Assembly: GCA_963758295.1 (NCBI GenBank)
Contig: CAVWUU010000001.1
Span: 1 to 64,000 of the forward strand
Direction of reading: 5' to 3'
Origin: Candidatus Eremiobacteria bacterium
GTDB taxonomy: Bacteria; Vulcanimicrobiota; Vulcanimicrobiia; Vulcanimicrobiales; Vulcanimicrobiaceae
Length of the DNA: 64,000 nucleotides
In this document: piece by piece, positions 19,887 to 31,053 of the stretch
Layout: every line of letters begins with the position of its first letter
How positions within the stretch are numbered: the stretch's first letter is position 1
The notes under the pieces: generated by a model
Seen by the model: only the letters and a program-made list of their open reading frames with translations
Database searches by the model: none
What the model was told of the DNA's origin: nothing
Position numbers and translations under genes: made by a program

Positions 19887-20925
19887 ATGTCGGACCTCGA
19901 TTTTTTTGCTAAAGTCAATCGACGCCAAGCTCTCTCCGTCGGGGTGACGGTTGCCGGTGGGTTTGCAGGAGCAATGATCGCCGGCTGCGCCTCTCCTAGA
20001 GTGGGCGCCGGCGACGGATTGCCCGCAGCCGATTCGGCAGGCGGAGCCGTTTCCGCGACAAACGCATCCACTCGGTTGAGCACGGCGGCGCTTTCCACCA
20101 GCGTCGTTCATGAAATCGAGTCGATCATCAATGCGCAAGGCACGGTCGATAATGGTGTCCTCAATATCGAGATCGACCGTGAAGATATTCCTAACGTTAG
20201 ACTACACGGTGTTCCGATTTTGCCGTCATTCGAAATAAACGGCAATTTGTATTTTCAGTGCATCGGCGGCGACGACGTCATGATGAACGCCGGACCTCGC
20301 TTTGAAACCAAGCGAGACCCAGTCTTTCCTCGACGAACTGCTCCGGCACGGCATCGTATTTCAAGCATTCCATCAGCACTTTTACGATTTTGAACCGATG
20401 GTGTGGTTCATTCACTTCCGCGCACGAGGCGATGCAACCACGGTAGCCCGCGGGACCAAAGCGGCACTTAATACAACGTCTACGCCGTTTCCCCAGGCGC
20501 CACCGGCTCATCCAACCACGCCTTTGCCGGCTGAAGAATTGGGCGACATCCTGGGCGCAAAACCGAGCATTGGGGCAAACGGCGTCGTATCGTTTGACGT
20601 GCCGCGGGACGATTCGATTACGCTGGGCGGCGTACGGATCAACCCTTACTTGAATGTCGCAACGTCCGTTGCGTTTGAGCCGTACGGCGGAGGCCGCAAC
20701 GCCGCCGCAGTGCCCGATTATGGAATGATTTCGTCGGAGATTCAGCGCGTCGTGGGTCTACAACGCTCCCGCGGGTGGGACATCGGTTGCCTCTACAACC
20801 AGGAAACCGACGAACAACCGCAGCTTTTCTTTTCGCATCAATTCAAGACCGGCGATTCGCTCGGACTCGCGCGGGAAATCCGTGCGGCGTTGAATCTCAT
20901 GGACATGAAGTTCGAGAGCGTCTGA
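19887..20925 (+). CDS. Tat-exported DUF1259 (LppY/LpqO-like) protein, one frameshift near 20290
   Basis: NRRQAL twin-arginine signal; AFHQH..P.VWFIHF and CLYNQETDEQPQLFFSH repeats. Confidence 0.75.
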
Positions 20926-20975
20926 ACGGCCATCCGCCAATGCGAAGAGAACGCGATTGATTCCACGGCGCCGCA

Positions 20976-21464
20976 CTAAGCGGCGCCGTGTTTCTTCTGT
21001 GATTGCAGCCACGCGAAGGTTTCGTCCGCTCGAGCCGGTGGGACACGAAAGGCGATCGCGAAGCGATTCCACGAGTTGATCGTCGTAATGGCAAGCGTCA
21101 GGTACACGAGTTCTTCGGGCGAAAAGACGTTGGAGACGCGCGCGTACACGTCGTCCGGCACATGCGTCTGCGCTACCAGCGTCAACGCTTCGGTCCATTC
21201 CAATGCGGCGCGTTCCCGCTCGCTATACCACGGCGCTTCATGCCATGCAGCCAGTCCATTGATGCGATCGCCCTTCTCGCCGAGCGCCTGTGCCTCGCGC
21301 CAGTGCAGCGCAAGACAAAACGCGCATCCGTTAATTTGCGACGCCCGTTGATGCACGAGCGATAAGAGTTCCGGTTCGAGCCCGCTTTTTTCCAAGAGCT
21401 GGTTCGCGCGATAGAGCGGCTCCATCGCCTGCGGCACGCGAGTTGCAAAGTCGAGTCTATCCAT
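20976..21464 (-). CDS. AhpD/carboxymuconolactone decarboxylase family protein
   Basis: RASQINGCAFCL..H, ERAAL.WTE, INSWNR. Confidence 0.92.
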   Translation of the reverse strand: MDRLDFATRVPQAMEPLYRANQLLEKSGLEPELLSLVHQRASQINGCAFCLALHWREAQALGEKGDRINGLAAWHEAPWYSERERAALEWTEALTLVAQTHVPDDVYARVSNVFSPEELVYLTLAITTINSWNRFAIAFRVPPARADETFAWLQSQKKHGAA

Positions 21465-21586
21465 GGTTGTTGTTTCTCCCTCCGGCCCTAGACGGAACCG
21501 GCCCGCGGAACGTGACACGAGAGGACTTTCGTCCGGCAAATCGTGAAACGGACGCCTACATGATCACCGGCCCGCTTTCCGGACGA

Positions 21587-21787
21587 ATGCCCGAACCGCG
21601 TTGGCTACGTATTTTTAAAGTCGCCGGAGTCGTTGCCGAACTCGTCGCTGTAGTGCTGATGTTCTGCAAAGCTTCTTTCGGCATGTGGCCGCATCAATGG
21701 TGGCTCGATATTATCATCATGACGTTGATGCTGTTATTCATCGCGCCACTTTCCGTTTCGATGTTCTCGAGTAAGCGGCGCCGTTAA
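21587..21787 (+). CDS. Small two-TM membrane protein
   Basis: Fills an intergenic gap; two hydrophobic helices and a basic C-terminus. Confidence 0.5.
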   Translation: MPEPRWLRIFKVAGVVAELVAVVLMFCKASFGMWPHQWWLDIIIMTLMLLFIAPLSVSMFSSKRRR

Positions 21788-22116
21788 CCGCCCGCGATTT
21801 TTGCTTTTCGACCCTGCTCCGCGAACCATGCGGCGATTTTTTCGCGGTGATCGCCTTGAATTTCGACGATGCCGTTCTTACTGGTGCCGCCGGTGCCGCA
21901 GAGACGCTTGAGCGTCTTGCCGGTTTCATTGACTTCGCCGGGCGCCAATCCGTGGATTAACGTCATCACGCTTCCACGACGCCGCTCGCGCGCAATGCGA
22001 ATGATGCCGTCGTCGGGCATCGCCGGTTTTCCCTTCTGTTGCTTGCCGGGTTTCTGCTTCGGCGGCGCCTGATAGCCCGTTTCACTGGAGTAGACAAGTT
22101 CGCGATCGTCACGCAT
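21784..22116 (-). CDS. yciH: SUI1/YciH translation initiation factor family protein
   Basis: LVYSS, LKRLCGTGGT, VEIQGDHR, K.AGG C-terminus. Confidence 0.92.
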   Translation of the reverse strand: MRDDRELVYSSETGYQAPPKQKPGKQQKGKPAMPDDGIIRIARERRRGSVMTLIHGLAPGEVNETGKTLKRLCGTGGTSKNGIVEIQGDHREKIAAWFAEQGRKAKIAGG

Positions 22117-22169
22117 TACGAACCGATACTTCGGCAGGCGGCATGCGAGTCATGGCGTAAACGCGAGGC

Positions 22170-22703
22170 GTGCCACGGCTTTGCGTTTTTTGCGGCGCTC
22201 ATGGCGGCCGCCATCCCGACTATGCTTCGATCGCTGCGGAGGCGGCGGAGCGCATCGTGAAGGCCGGCTATGGGATCGTGTACGGCGGCGGGCGCGTCGG
22301 ATTGATGGGGACGATTGCCGATGCGGCTTTGGAAGCGGGCGGAGAAGTAATCGGGGTCATTCCGGAATCGCTGGCTACCGAAGAAGTGGCGCATCCGGGC
22401 GTCACCACACTCCACGTCGTTCAGACCATGCACGAACGCAAAGCCCTTATGGCGCAGCTCAGCGACGGTTTCATCGCGCTTCCCGGCGGGTTCGGAACGA
22501 TGGACGAATTCCACGAAATTCTCACGTGGCGCCAGCTGCGCATTCACGACAAGCCCATTGGACTATTGAACGTCAACGGCTACTACGACGATTTGCTCGC
22601 GCTGTACGACCGGATGAGCGGTGAAGGTTTTTTAAACGACCGGGCGCGTTCGCTTTTTGCTTCCGCAGACGGAATCGAAGCGCTGCTCCTGCGCATGGCC
22701 TAA
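22170..22703 (+). CDS. LOG family protein (TIGR00730)
   Basis: VYGGG.VGLMG, MHERK, ALPGGFGTMDE. Confidence 0.93.
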   Translation: MPRLCVFCGAHGGRHPDYASIAAEAAERIVKAGYGIVYGGGRVGLMGTIADAALEAGGEVIGVIPESLATEEVAHPGVTTLHVVQTMHERKALMAQLSDGFIALPGGFGTMDEFHEILTWRQLRIHDKPIGLLNVNGYYDDLLALYDRMSGEGFLNDRARSLFASADGIEALLLRMA

Positions 22704-22867
22704 GCGTTTGGCTTTCGCAAACGCCTCCAGAGGCACCGTTTAAAGCAAGAAGTAGCGCGCTTCGCCGCCTCTGGAGCGACATAGTCCGAACGAACTACTT
22801 CGTAGGAGAAACAAGCAGGCTGCGCTACGATAGCACGAGGTGTGCTCGTAACGGAAAGGACGACATC

Positions 22868-23791
22868 GTGCAGGTCATAGTCATGCTGGTATTCGCGTTA
22901 ATAGCCGGCGGGGTTTATTATTGGACGTTCCGGAGTCACGGCGCCGTTGTAGCTCGTACTTCGGGCGTCGTCGCCGCGGGCGTGATTCTTTTGATCGGCT
23001 TTCTCATCGACGGATCGCTTGTCTTCGTCCCATTCGGAAGCGCCTACATCGTTACACAGAATAGCGCGTTAACGGACCGGATTCTGCAGCCCGGCATGAA
23101 TTTCAAAGTACCGTTCGTGCAAGGCGTGTGGCCGATGAACACGCAGGTTCGCGCAATGGAGGTTACGCACAGCAGCGTCTTCACGAAAGATCAGCAGAAC
23201 GCCGACACTGACTACGTCATCAACTTTTCGCTTGCCGACGGCCGGCTGAAAGAAATCGCGGAAAACTTCCGCGGCACCGAAGGCGGCGATACCAGCATTG
23301 CCGACCGCCTGATCCGGCCTCGCGCCGAGTATTGGTTGAAGCAGATCGAACCGACGTATAACGCCGCCGATCTGCTGACTCACCGCTCGCAGGTGGCGAG
23401 CGAGCTGCAAAAAGACCTCGACAACGACTTAAAGCCTTACGGGATCAACCTGGCGTTCGTATCGATTACGAATATCTCGTTCGGCCCGCAATACCAGCAA
23501 GCATCAGAGGCGCGCGCCGCGGCCGAGCAAGAGTATCAGAAAGAGCTGACCGTGCTAAAAACCAAGAAGGTCATCGCTCAGCAGAACGAAGCGATCGCCG
23601 AAGGGCAAGCTGCGGCCAATGCGCGCTTGCGCTCGTCGTTGCCGTCCGATCCCAACGCCGCCGACGCCATCGTTCAAATGCAGATGATTCAGCTGCTGCG
23701 AGACAAATGGGACGGCGTAATGCCGGTGTCGCTTGGGAGCCAATCGCTCTTGAACATTCCGCAATCCATGCTGGGGCACGCGCAACACTAA
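22868..23791 (+). CDS. SPFH/prohibitin family protein
   Basis: N-terminal TMs, PGMNFKVPFVQ, TKDQQ, coiled coil, KWDG.MP. Confidence 0.85.
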   Translation: MQVIVMLVFALIAGGVYYWTFRSHGAVVARTSGVVAAGVILLIGFLIDGSLVFVPFGSAYIVTQNSALTDRILQPGMNFKVPFVQGVWPMNTQVRAMEVTHSSVFTKDQQNADTDYVINFSLADGRLKEIAENFRGTEGGDTSIADRLIRPRAEYWLKQIEPTYNAADLLTHRSQVASELQKDLDNDLKPYGINLAFVSITNISFGPQYQQASEARAAAEQEYQKELTVLKTKKVIAQQNEAIAEGQAAANARLRSSLPSDPNAADAIVQMQMIQLLRDKWDGVMPVSLGSQSLLNIPQSMLGHAQH

Positions 23792-23848
23792 AGGACACAG
23801 GCTCCGCGATAGGGCGCGTCATAACTCCCGTACGGTAAGGAGGCCCCA

Positions 23849-25999
23849 ATGACGCGTCTTTTTCGCGCGAGCGCAGCTCTTGCTCTCGCCGCAGCCCTCA
23901 TCTCTTCATACGGTCTGTCCGCTCGTGCAGCGGCAACTGCCGATTCTCAGCGCACCATCGCCAAGGCGCCCGCGACAACATCTTCGCAGGACCCGTTCCT
24001 TTGGCTAGAAGATGTCCACGGCGCCCGCTCGATGCAATGGGTCAACAGCGAAAACGAAAAGACGCTGGCGGTCTTGGAGAAAGATCCGCATTATAGCGCG
24101 CTTTACGCTGATGCATTGAATATTGCGCAGGCCAAAGATCGCATTCCGATGCCCGAGTTTCTTCACGGGCAAATCTATAATTTCTGGCAAGATGAGAATC
24201 ACGTTCGCGGCATCTGGCGCATGACGACCCGCGAAGACTATGCGAACCCGTCCCCTTCGTGGACGACCGTGCTGGACTTAGACGCGTTGGCGAAGCAAGA
24301 AAAGGCCAACTGGGTCATGGAAGGCAGCGATTGTAATTGGCCGGCAGAGCAGCGCTGTCTGATCAGCCTTTCCGACGGCGGTGAAGACGCCGTAACGGTT
24401 CGCGAATTCGATTTGGCGTCGCGGCAATTCGTCAAGGGCGGTTTCGTTTTGCCGCACGGCAAGCAGAATGCAACGTGGGAAAACCGCGACACTCTGCTCG
24501 TTGCACGGGCATGGGAGCCCGGAGAGCTTACCGCGTCCGGATATCCGTACGTCGTCAAACGATTGAAGCGTGGCCAACCGCTGAGTAAAGCCGTCGAAGT
24601 TTTCCGCGGCCAGAAGAGTGACGTCTCCGTCGATCCGTTCACGCTCCACGACGGAGACGGCGACAACGCGACTTTCGTGCGGCGCGGCGTCTCGTTCTTC
24701 GTCTCGGAATACTACGTCCAAACGCCGAAGGGTCTTCAAAAGCTTGGTATTCCGGGGAAAACGGAGATTTCCGGACTGCTTCGCGGACGACTGTTGCTGA
24801 AGCTCAATGAAGCGTGGAACGGCATTCCGCAGGGGTCGCTCGCCTCCGTCGATCTTCATGCAGCGATGAGCAATCCCGCGAACCTCAAGCCCGCTATCGT
24901 TTATGTTCCTGAAGCGCGTGACTCGCTCGAAGGCGTTGCGGTGACGCAATCGCACCTCGTCCTTACGACGTATCACAACGTACGCGGCCGGGCGCTCATT
25001 TATACGCCGGCGCAAAGCGCTTGGAACGTTAGGCCACTCGATCTCCCGGACAATTCCTCGATCGGCGTGGTCGATTCGGATCTGCGCGGTGAGAACGTCT
25101 ATCTGCAATCTACGAGCTTCTTGTCTCCGAGTACGTTGTGGCTCGCGAACGCAAACGACGGGAGCTTGAAAACCGTCAAGGCGATCGCGCCCAAGTTCGA
25201 CGCATCGAAGGACGAAGTCGAACAGCACGAAGCGACGTCTACGGATGGAACGCAGATTCCGTATTTCATCGTCCATCCCAAAGCGATGAAACTGGACGGC
25301 GCGAATCCGACGATTCTGTACGCCTACGGCGGGTTTCAAGTTTCCGAAACGCCCAGCTATTCGGCCACTCTCGGAAAGCTTTGGCTGGAACGCGGCGGCG
25401 TTTACGTTCTTGCGAATATTCGCGGCGGCGGCGAATTCGGTCCGGCATGGCATGAAGCCGGCTTGAAAACGCATCGCCAGCGCATCTACGACGATTTTGC
25501 GGCGGTCGGCAAAGACCTCATCGCTCGTAAGATTACGAGCCCCCGACGCCTCGGCATCGAGGGCGGCTCGAACGGTGGCCTGCTGATGGGCGTGGAGTTC
25601 ACCCAGCATCCGGAATTGTGGAACGCCGTGGACATCCAGGTTCCCCTGCTCGACATGCTTCGTTTCGAACAAATCGCGGCCGGCGCGTCGTGGGTGGGCG
25701 AGTACGGTAGCGTTTCGATCCCGGAACAGCGGGCGTTCCTGGCCTCGATCTCCCCGTACAACAACCTCAAGCCGGGCGTGGCTTACCCGAAACCGCTGAT
25801 CTGGACGACGACGAAAGACGACCGCGTCGGGCCGCAGCATGCGCGCAAGTTTGCCGCAAAGCTCGCGTCGATGGACGTGCCGTATCTCTTCTACGAAGTA
25901 ACGGAAGGCGGCCACGGCGCCGGCGCAAACCTCAAAGAACGCGCGCATACGTCGGCTCTCGAGTATACGTACTTCACGCGGAAACTGATGGATCCGTAA
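23849..25999 (+). CDS. Secreted prolyl oligopeptidase (S9A)
   Basis: Signal peptide, DPFLWLE, GGSNGG, DDRV, GGHG catalytic triad motifs. Confidence 0.95.
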   Translation: MTRLFRASAALALAAALISSYGLSARAAATADSQRTIAKAPATTSSQDPFLWLEDVHGARSMQWVNSENEKTLAVLEKDPHYSALYADALNIAQAKDRIPMPEFLHGQIYNFWQDENHVRGIWRMTTREDYANPSPSWTTVLDLDALAKQEKANWVMEGSDCNWPAEQRCLISLSDGGEDAVTVREFDLASRQFVKGGFVLPHGKQNATWENRDTLLVARAWEPGELTASGYPYVVKRLKRGQPLSKAVEVFRGQKSDVSVDPFTLHDGDGDNATFVRRGVSFFVSEYYVQTPKGLQKLGIPGKTEISGLLRGRLLLKLNEAWNGIPQGSLASVDLHAAMSNPANLKPAIVYVPEARDSLEGVAVTQSHLVLTTYHNVRGRALIYTPAQSAWNVRPLDLPDNSSIGVVDSDLRGENVYLQSTSFLSPSTLWLANANDGSLKTVKAIAPKFDASKDEVEQHEATSTDGTQIPYFIVHPKAMKLDGANPTILYAYGGFQVSETPSYSATLGKLWLERGGVYVLANIRGGGEFGPAWHEAGLKTHRQRIYDDFAAVGKDLIARKITSPRRLGIEGGSNGGLLMGVEFTQHPELWNAVDIQVPLLDMLRFEQIAAGASWVGEYGSVSIPEQRAFLASISPYNNLKPGVAYPKPLIWTTTKDDRVGPQHARKFAAKLASMDVPYLFYEVTEGGHGAGANLKERAHTSALEYTYFTRKLMDP

Positions 26000-26032
26000 G
26001 GCGCAGTGCCGGAAAATGAAACGGGCGGGGAG

Positions 26033-26419
26033 TTAGCTCCTCGCCCGCTTTTCTATTACACGTTTCACGACGGCCATCGCGTTTAGCGCTTTTGGAAAAC
26101 CAACGTATGGAATCAGCGTCATTACCGCTTCGACGATCTCACCTTCGGTGAGCCCAACGTTGAAGGCGCCGTGCACGTGCGTCTCCAGTTGCGCATCGCA
26201 GCCGCCCATCGTCGCGAGCGAGCTTATTGCCACCAGTTCGCGCTGACGTAAATCGCCTTCGCGCGCGTAGACTTCGCCAAACGCAAACTCTATCAGATAA
26301 CGCGAAAAATCGGGCGCAATCTCGGCATAAGCCGCGACGAGATTGTCGGTGACCTTGTCGCCGTCGACTTTCCGCATCAGGTCTTCACCACGCTCGAATT
26401 TTTCGTTATTCATACGCAA
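26033..26419 (-). CDS. Carboxymuconolactone decarboxylase family protein
   Basis: EFAFGEVYAR, REL, QLETH, PYVGFP. Confidence 0.88.
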   Translation of the reverse strand: MRMNNEKFERGEDLMRKVDGDKVTDNLVAAYAEIAPDFSRYLIEFAFGEVYAREGDLRQRELVAISSLATMGGCDAQLETHVHGAFNVGLTEGEIVEAVMTLIPYVGFPKALNAMAVVKRVIEKRARS

Positions 26420-26455
26420 TAGTGTTTATCGTAACACCGTTGTGATCGCGAGCGG

Positions 26456-29400
26456 TTACTCCGAAAGCGCCATGGTGATGACGCGTTCCTGTTCGACGGC
26501 GTGCGCGCCCGGATAGCCCTCCGAAGGCGAAGCGCGGTAGCCGCGGCCGGCGTAGCCGATGTCGAGCGGCTGTTTGAGTTTCTCGAGCAGACGGCGACGC
26601 ACGTAGGCACGCGCGCCCATGTTCTTCGGCTCTTCTTGCACCCAGACGAGCTGCTTGAGGTTCGGATACGACGCGAGTAGTGCGTTGATTTCGTCGCTCG
26701 GCATCGGCGAAAGCTGCTCGATGCGAACGATGGCCGTCTTCTTCATGTCGCCATGTTGCTCGGCGTTAATGAGATCGTAGTAGATCTTGCCCGTGCACAG
26801 GAGAATCCGCTCGATCTTCTTCCTGTCGGTAACATTCGGGTCGTCGATGACCGGCTTGAACGACCCGGTTGCCATGTCGTCGATGGAACCGGAAGCGGCT
26901 TCGGCACGCAGCAAGGACTTCGGCGTCATGACGACGAGCGGCAGCGCATTCGCCGCGCTCGCCTGCATGCGCAACAAGTGGAAGTAGTTGCCCGCGTTCG
27001 ACGGATACGCTATGCGAATGTTGCCTTCGGCCGCCAATTGCAGGAAGCGTTCGAGACGCGCGCTCGAGTGTTCCGGACCCTGGCCTTCGTAGCCGTGCGG
27101 CAGGAGCAGCGTCAGACGCGACGTCTGTCCCCATTTGGCTTGGCCGGCCGCGATAAATTGATCGATGATGATCTGCGCACCGTTGACGAAGTCGCCGAAC
27201 TGCGCTTCCCAAAGCACGAGCGAATTCGGAACCGCGGCGGCATAGCCGTACTCGAATCCTACGCACGCGTACTCGGAGAGGGCGCTGTTATGGATTTCGA
27301 AACTGGCCTTTGCACCAGGAAGATGCTGCAGCGGCACATATTCGGTGTTGGTTCCGGGATCGTGCAAGACCGCATGGCGATGGCTGAACGTTCCGCGCTC
27401 CGTGTCCTGGCCGGTGATACGGATCGGCACGCCGGAGCTCAACAACGACGCAAACGCCAGCGCTTCCGCCATGCCCCAATCGACGAGGCCTTTCTCGGCA
27501 ATAAGAGCTTTACGGCGATCGAACTGTGTCTGGAGTTTCTTGTTTAACGTGAAGCCGTCGGGAACGGCAACCAGTCTGTTCGACCAATCGAGCAGCTTCT
27601 CCCGATCGATCGGCGTAAGAGGCGCCGTTTCCGGACGCGCCGCGAGCGCGATCTTCTCGATCATGCCGTTACCGTGCTGTTCCTTGACGTTGCGATACGC
27701 CTCTTGCAAACGCGCCGTAGCGTCCGCAATCATCTGGCTCGCCTGTTCGGCGGTGATGGTGCCTTGCGCGATCAGTTTGTTTGCGAAGAGTTCGCGCGCT
27801 GTCGGATGCGACTTGATCTTTTCGTACATCAACGGCTGAGTGTATGCCGGCTCGTCCTGTTCGTTGTGGCCCGAACGGCGGTAGCCGATGAGATCGATAA
27901 GCACGTCGCGATCGAAGCGGCGGCGGAATTCAACGGCAAGATGAACGGCGGCGATGCACGCGTCGATGTCGTCGGCGTTCACGTGCACGATCGGCATGTC
28001 GAAGCCTTTGGCAAGATCCGAAGCATAGCGCGTCGACCGTGAATCGCGGTAGTCGGTCGTGAAGCCCACCTGGTTGTTGGCGATGAAGTGGAACGTGCCG
28101 CCCGTTGCATAACCCGGAAGCGACTGCAGGTTCAGCACTTCGGCGACGATGCCCTGACCCATAAAGGCGGCGTCGCCGTGAATGAGGATCGGCGCAGCGT
28201 TCTGCACGGTCTGCTGCGGAACGTTTTGCGAATGATCGGTTTGCAGCGCCCGAGTGCTGCCTTCGACGACCGGATCGACGGCCTCGAGGTGACTCGGGTT
28301 GTGCGCGAGCGTTACCGTAATCGATTTGCCGTTTTCGGTTTGATACGTGCCGGTTGCGCCGTGATGGTATTTTACGTCGCCCGTCACGTCGTCGTCACCC
28401 ACCTCGCCGCGTTGATGCGCTGCTTCGAATTCACCAAGCAGTTCTTCATACGGCATATTCACGACGTGCGCGATGACGTTCAACCGGCCGCGGTGCGCCA
28501 TGCCGAGCACGGCGTTCGGCGTGCCGTCGTCGGCAAGCATCTCGAGCATTTCTTCGAGCATCGGAACCATGACGTCGAGACCTTCGCCCGAAAACGTCTT
28601 CTGACCGAGGAACGTCTTGCGCAGATAGCGTTCGAACGTTTCTACCTTCGTCAACCGCTGCAAGAACTGAATCTGCCGGTCTTTCGAAAGCGCGACTTTA
28701 TGCGCACCGGCTTCGATGTACTCACGCAGCCAGCGGCGTTGTTCCGTGTTTGAAATGTGCTCGACTTCGTACGCGATCGTCGACGCATACGTGTCGTGCA
28801 GTTTTGGCAGAATGTCGGCAAGCGTATTTCCCGGCACTTTGACATTCAGCACGGAAGCCGGAATCGCGGCTTGCAGCGCCGGCGTCAGGCCGTAGGTTGC
28901 CGGATCGAGTTTCGGATCGCCGACCGGTTGCGAGCCGAGCGGGTCGAGACTCGCCGCTAGGTGTCCGTGCGTGCGATACGCGGAAACGATCGCCATTGCC
29001 GCGGCGACCGCACGCAGCATTTCGTCCGGCTGCGAAGCCGGCGCTGTAGTGGCCGCAACGATCGACGGCATCGCGGAGACTTCCGCATGCGGCGCGGGAC
29101 CGGCGGTAAGGCCGAGCGCGCTGAACAATACTTCGTAAAAACCGTCGGCGCCTTGCAGCAACTGATCGACGCGTCGCAGATATTCGCCCGACTGCGCGCC
29201 TTGAATGACGCGATGATCGTACGTGCTCGTCATCTGCATTACTTTGGAAACGCCGAGCGAGCGCAGCGTCGATTCGCTCACGCTTTGGAATCCCGGCGGA
29301 TAGCCGATCGACCCGGTCGCGAGAATCGCGCCCTGTCCGGCCATCAATCGGGGAACAGATGCGACCGTGCCGATACCGCCCGGATTGGTCAGCGTACAAT

Positions 29401-30743
29401 GACGCGCCTTGCAGATCGTCCGCGCCGAGTTTATTGTCGCGCGCTTTGGCGACGAGTTCTTGATACTTGCCGTAGAACGCCCCGAAGTCCAAATCGGCGG
29501 CGTTCTTGATCACCGGCACGACGAGGAAACGCGAACCGTCTTTGCGCTCTGCGTCGACGGCAAGCCCGAGATGCACGCCGGGTTCGATGCGAAGCGGCGC
29601 GCCTTTTTCGTCGCGCCGGAAGCTGTAAGTAATAAACGGCAATTCTTTCGCGGCGCGCACCATTGCATAGGCGACGATGTGCGTGAAAGAAATCTTCTCG
29701 CTGCGCTTCGCGCTCTTGATCGCGTTGTTCAGTTCCTTGCGACGCGCGTCCATTACGTCGACCGCAAGCGTACGGAAACTGGTCGCCGTGGGAATCGTTA
29801 GCGACTGCTCCATGTAGCCCGTGAGCGCGGCGGCGGGGCCTTTGAGCGGCGTCACGTTCGCGCCGGCTGCAACCGGCGGCAGCGGCGGCTGATTGGCGCC
29901 GCCCGTTGCGGCAGACGGTTTACGCCTTGCGGTCGCGGCTTGCGAATGCACGTCGGAACGCAAGATCATGCCGTTGGGTCCGGAGCCGTTCACCAGCCCC
30001 AGATCGACTTCTAGTTTGCGCGCAATGCGGCGCGCTTGAGCCGAAGCGACGAGGTCGCCGGTGCGCGGTTGGGCGGGCGCTGACGATGCTACGGGTGCCG
30101 GTGCGCTCGCGGCTTTCGGCGCGGCGACCGTTACGCCGGCGGCTGCAGACGGCGCGGCGTTTGCATCGATTTGCGCGAGCTTCGCGCCGACGGCGACCGT
30201 GTCGCCATCTTTGACCAGCAGCGACGTTACGAGTCCCGCGGACGGCGCGGGCACTTCGACGTCGACTTTGTCCGTGGTAACCTCGACGATTGTATCGCCT
30301 TCGTTGACGAAATCGCCCGGCTTCACGCGGAATTCGACTATGGAACCCTCGGTGACGGACTCGCCCATCTCGGGAAGCACCACGTCAACGATTTTCGGAG
30401 GACCGCTCGGAACGGGCGCGGCAGCGGGCGCCGTCGCGACGGCGTCAGCTTTCGCGGCGCCGTTCTTCGATGCGCCGTTCGTTTGCGCCTTAGCTTTGCT
30501 CGTGTCGATTTCAGCCAAAACGGCACCGACGGCGACAGCGTCGCCTTCTCCACCGAAAAGCTGAGTGATGACGCCGGATGCGGTCGCGGGAACTTCCACG
30601 TCCACTTTGTCGGTCGTCACGTCGACGAGAGTGTCGCCCTCGTCTACGAAATCGCCGACGTTCTTACGCCATTCGACGATGGAGCCTTCGGTGACTGACT
30701 CACCCATCTCGGGCAACGTCACTTTCACCATCGCGTCCGCCAC
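26456..30743 (-). CDS. sucA: Multifunctional 2-oxoglutarate dehydrogenase: two lipoyl domains + E2 succinyltransferase + E1 (one frameshift near 29397)
   Basis: Two LPEMGESVTEG..TTDKV lipoyl domains, a PSBD-like segment, (F)TLTNPGGIGT, TYDHRVIQGA, GMAHRGRLN, HGDAAF.GQG, WEAQFGDF, GPEHSSAR. Confidence 0.93.
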
Positions 30744-30877
30744 GTTGATTTGTACTCCGTCCTGCAGGGAAAAAGACCAGTCCGAGTGTGCACCCCGGAT
30801 CGACTCTTTGTTTTACGCCAGATATTCTAACCCCGCCCGCGCGCGAGAGGCTACGACAGGGGACGACTTCAATCGCA

Positions 30878-31048
30878 ATGAGCACACCAGGAGTAGACGG
30901 TAGCCAGCCTTCCGTGCCAGCGCAACCGCCGGCCATCTACCGCCCTGCACTGCCCGCAGTCGCCGTTCGCAAAATACGCGTGGAAGAATCCCGCTCCACA
31001 TGGCTCGCCTGCCCTGGCCTTGGTTCGATCGTCGATACCTACGCTTGA
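30878..31048 (+). CDS. Small hypothetical protein with YjfB-like C-terminal motif
   Basis: 56 aa ending LGSIVDTYA; fills the gap between sucA and the YeiH gene. Confidence 0.45.
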   Translation: MSTPGVDGSQPSVPAQPPAIYRPALPAVAVRKIRVEESRSTWLACPGLGSIVDTYA

Positions 31049-31053
31049 GAGCG

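Noticed and set aside
24278..25948. 556-aa antisense ORF (also 16445-17650 and 47345-48307)
   Set aside because: Mirror frames of well-supported genes, expected from codon bias.
30300..30730. Internal direct repeat in sucA
   Set aside because: Explained by the two lipoyl domains, not by a mobile or regulatory repeat.
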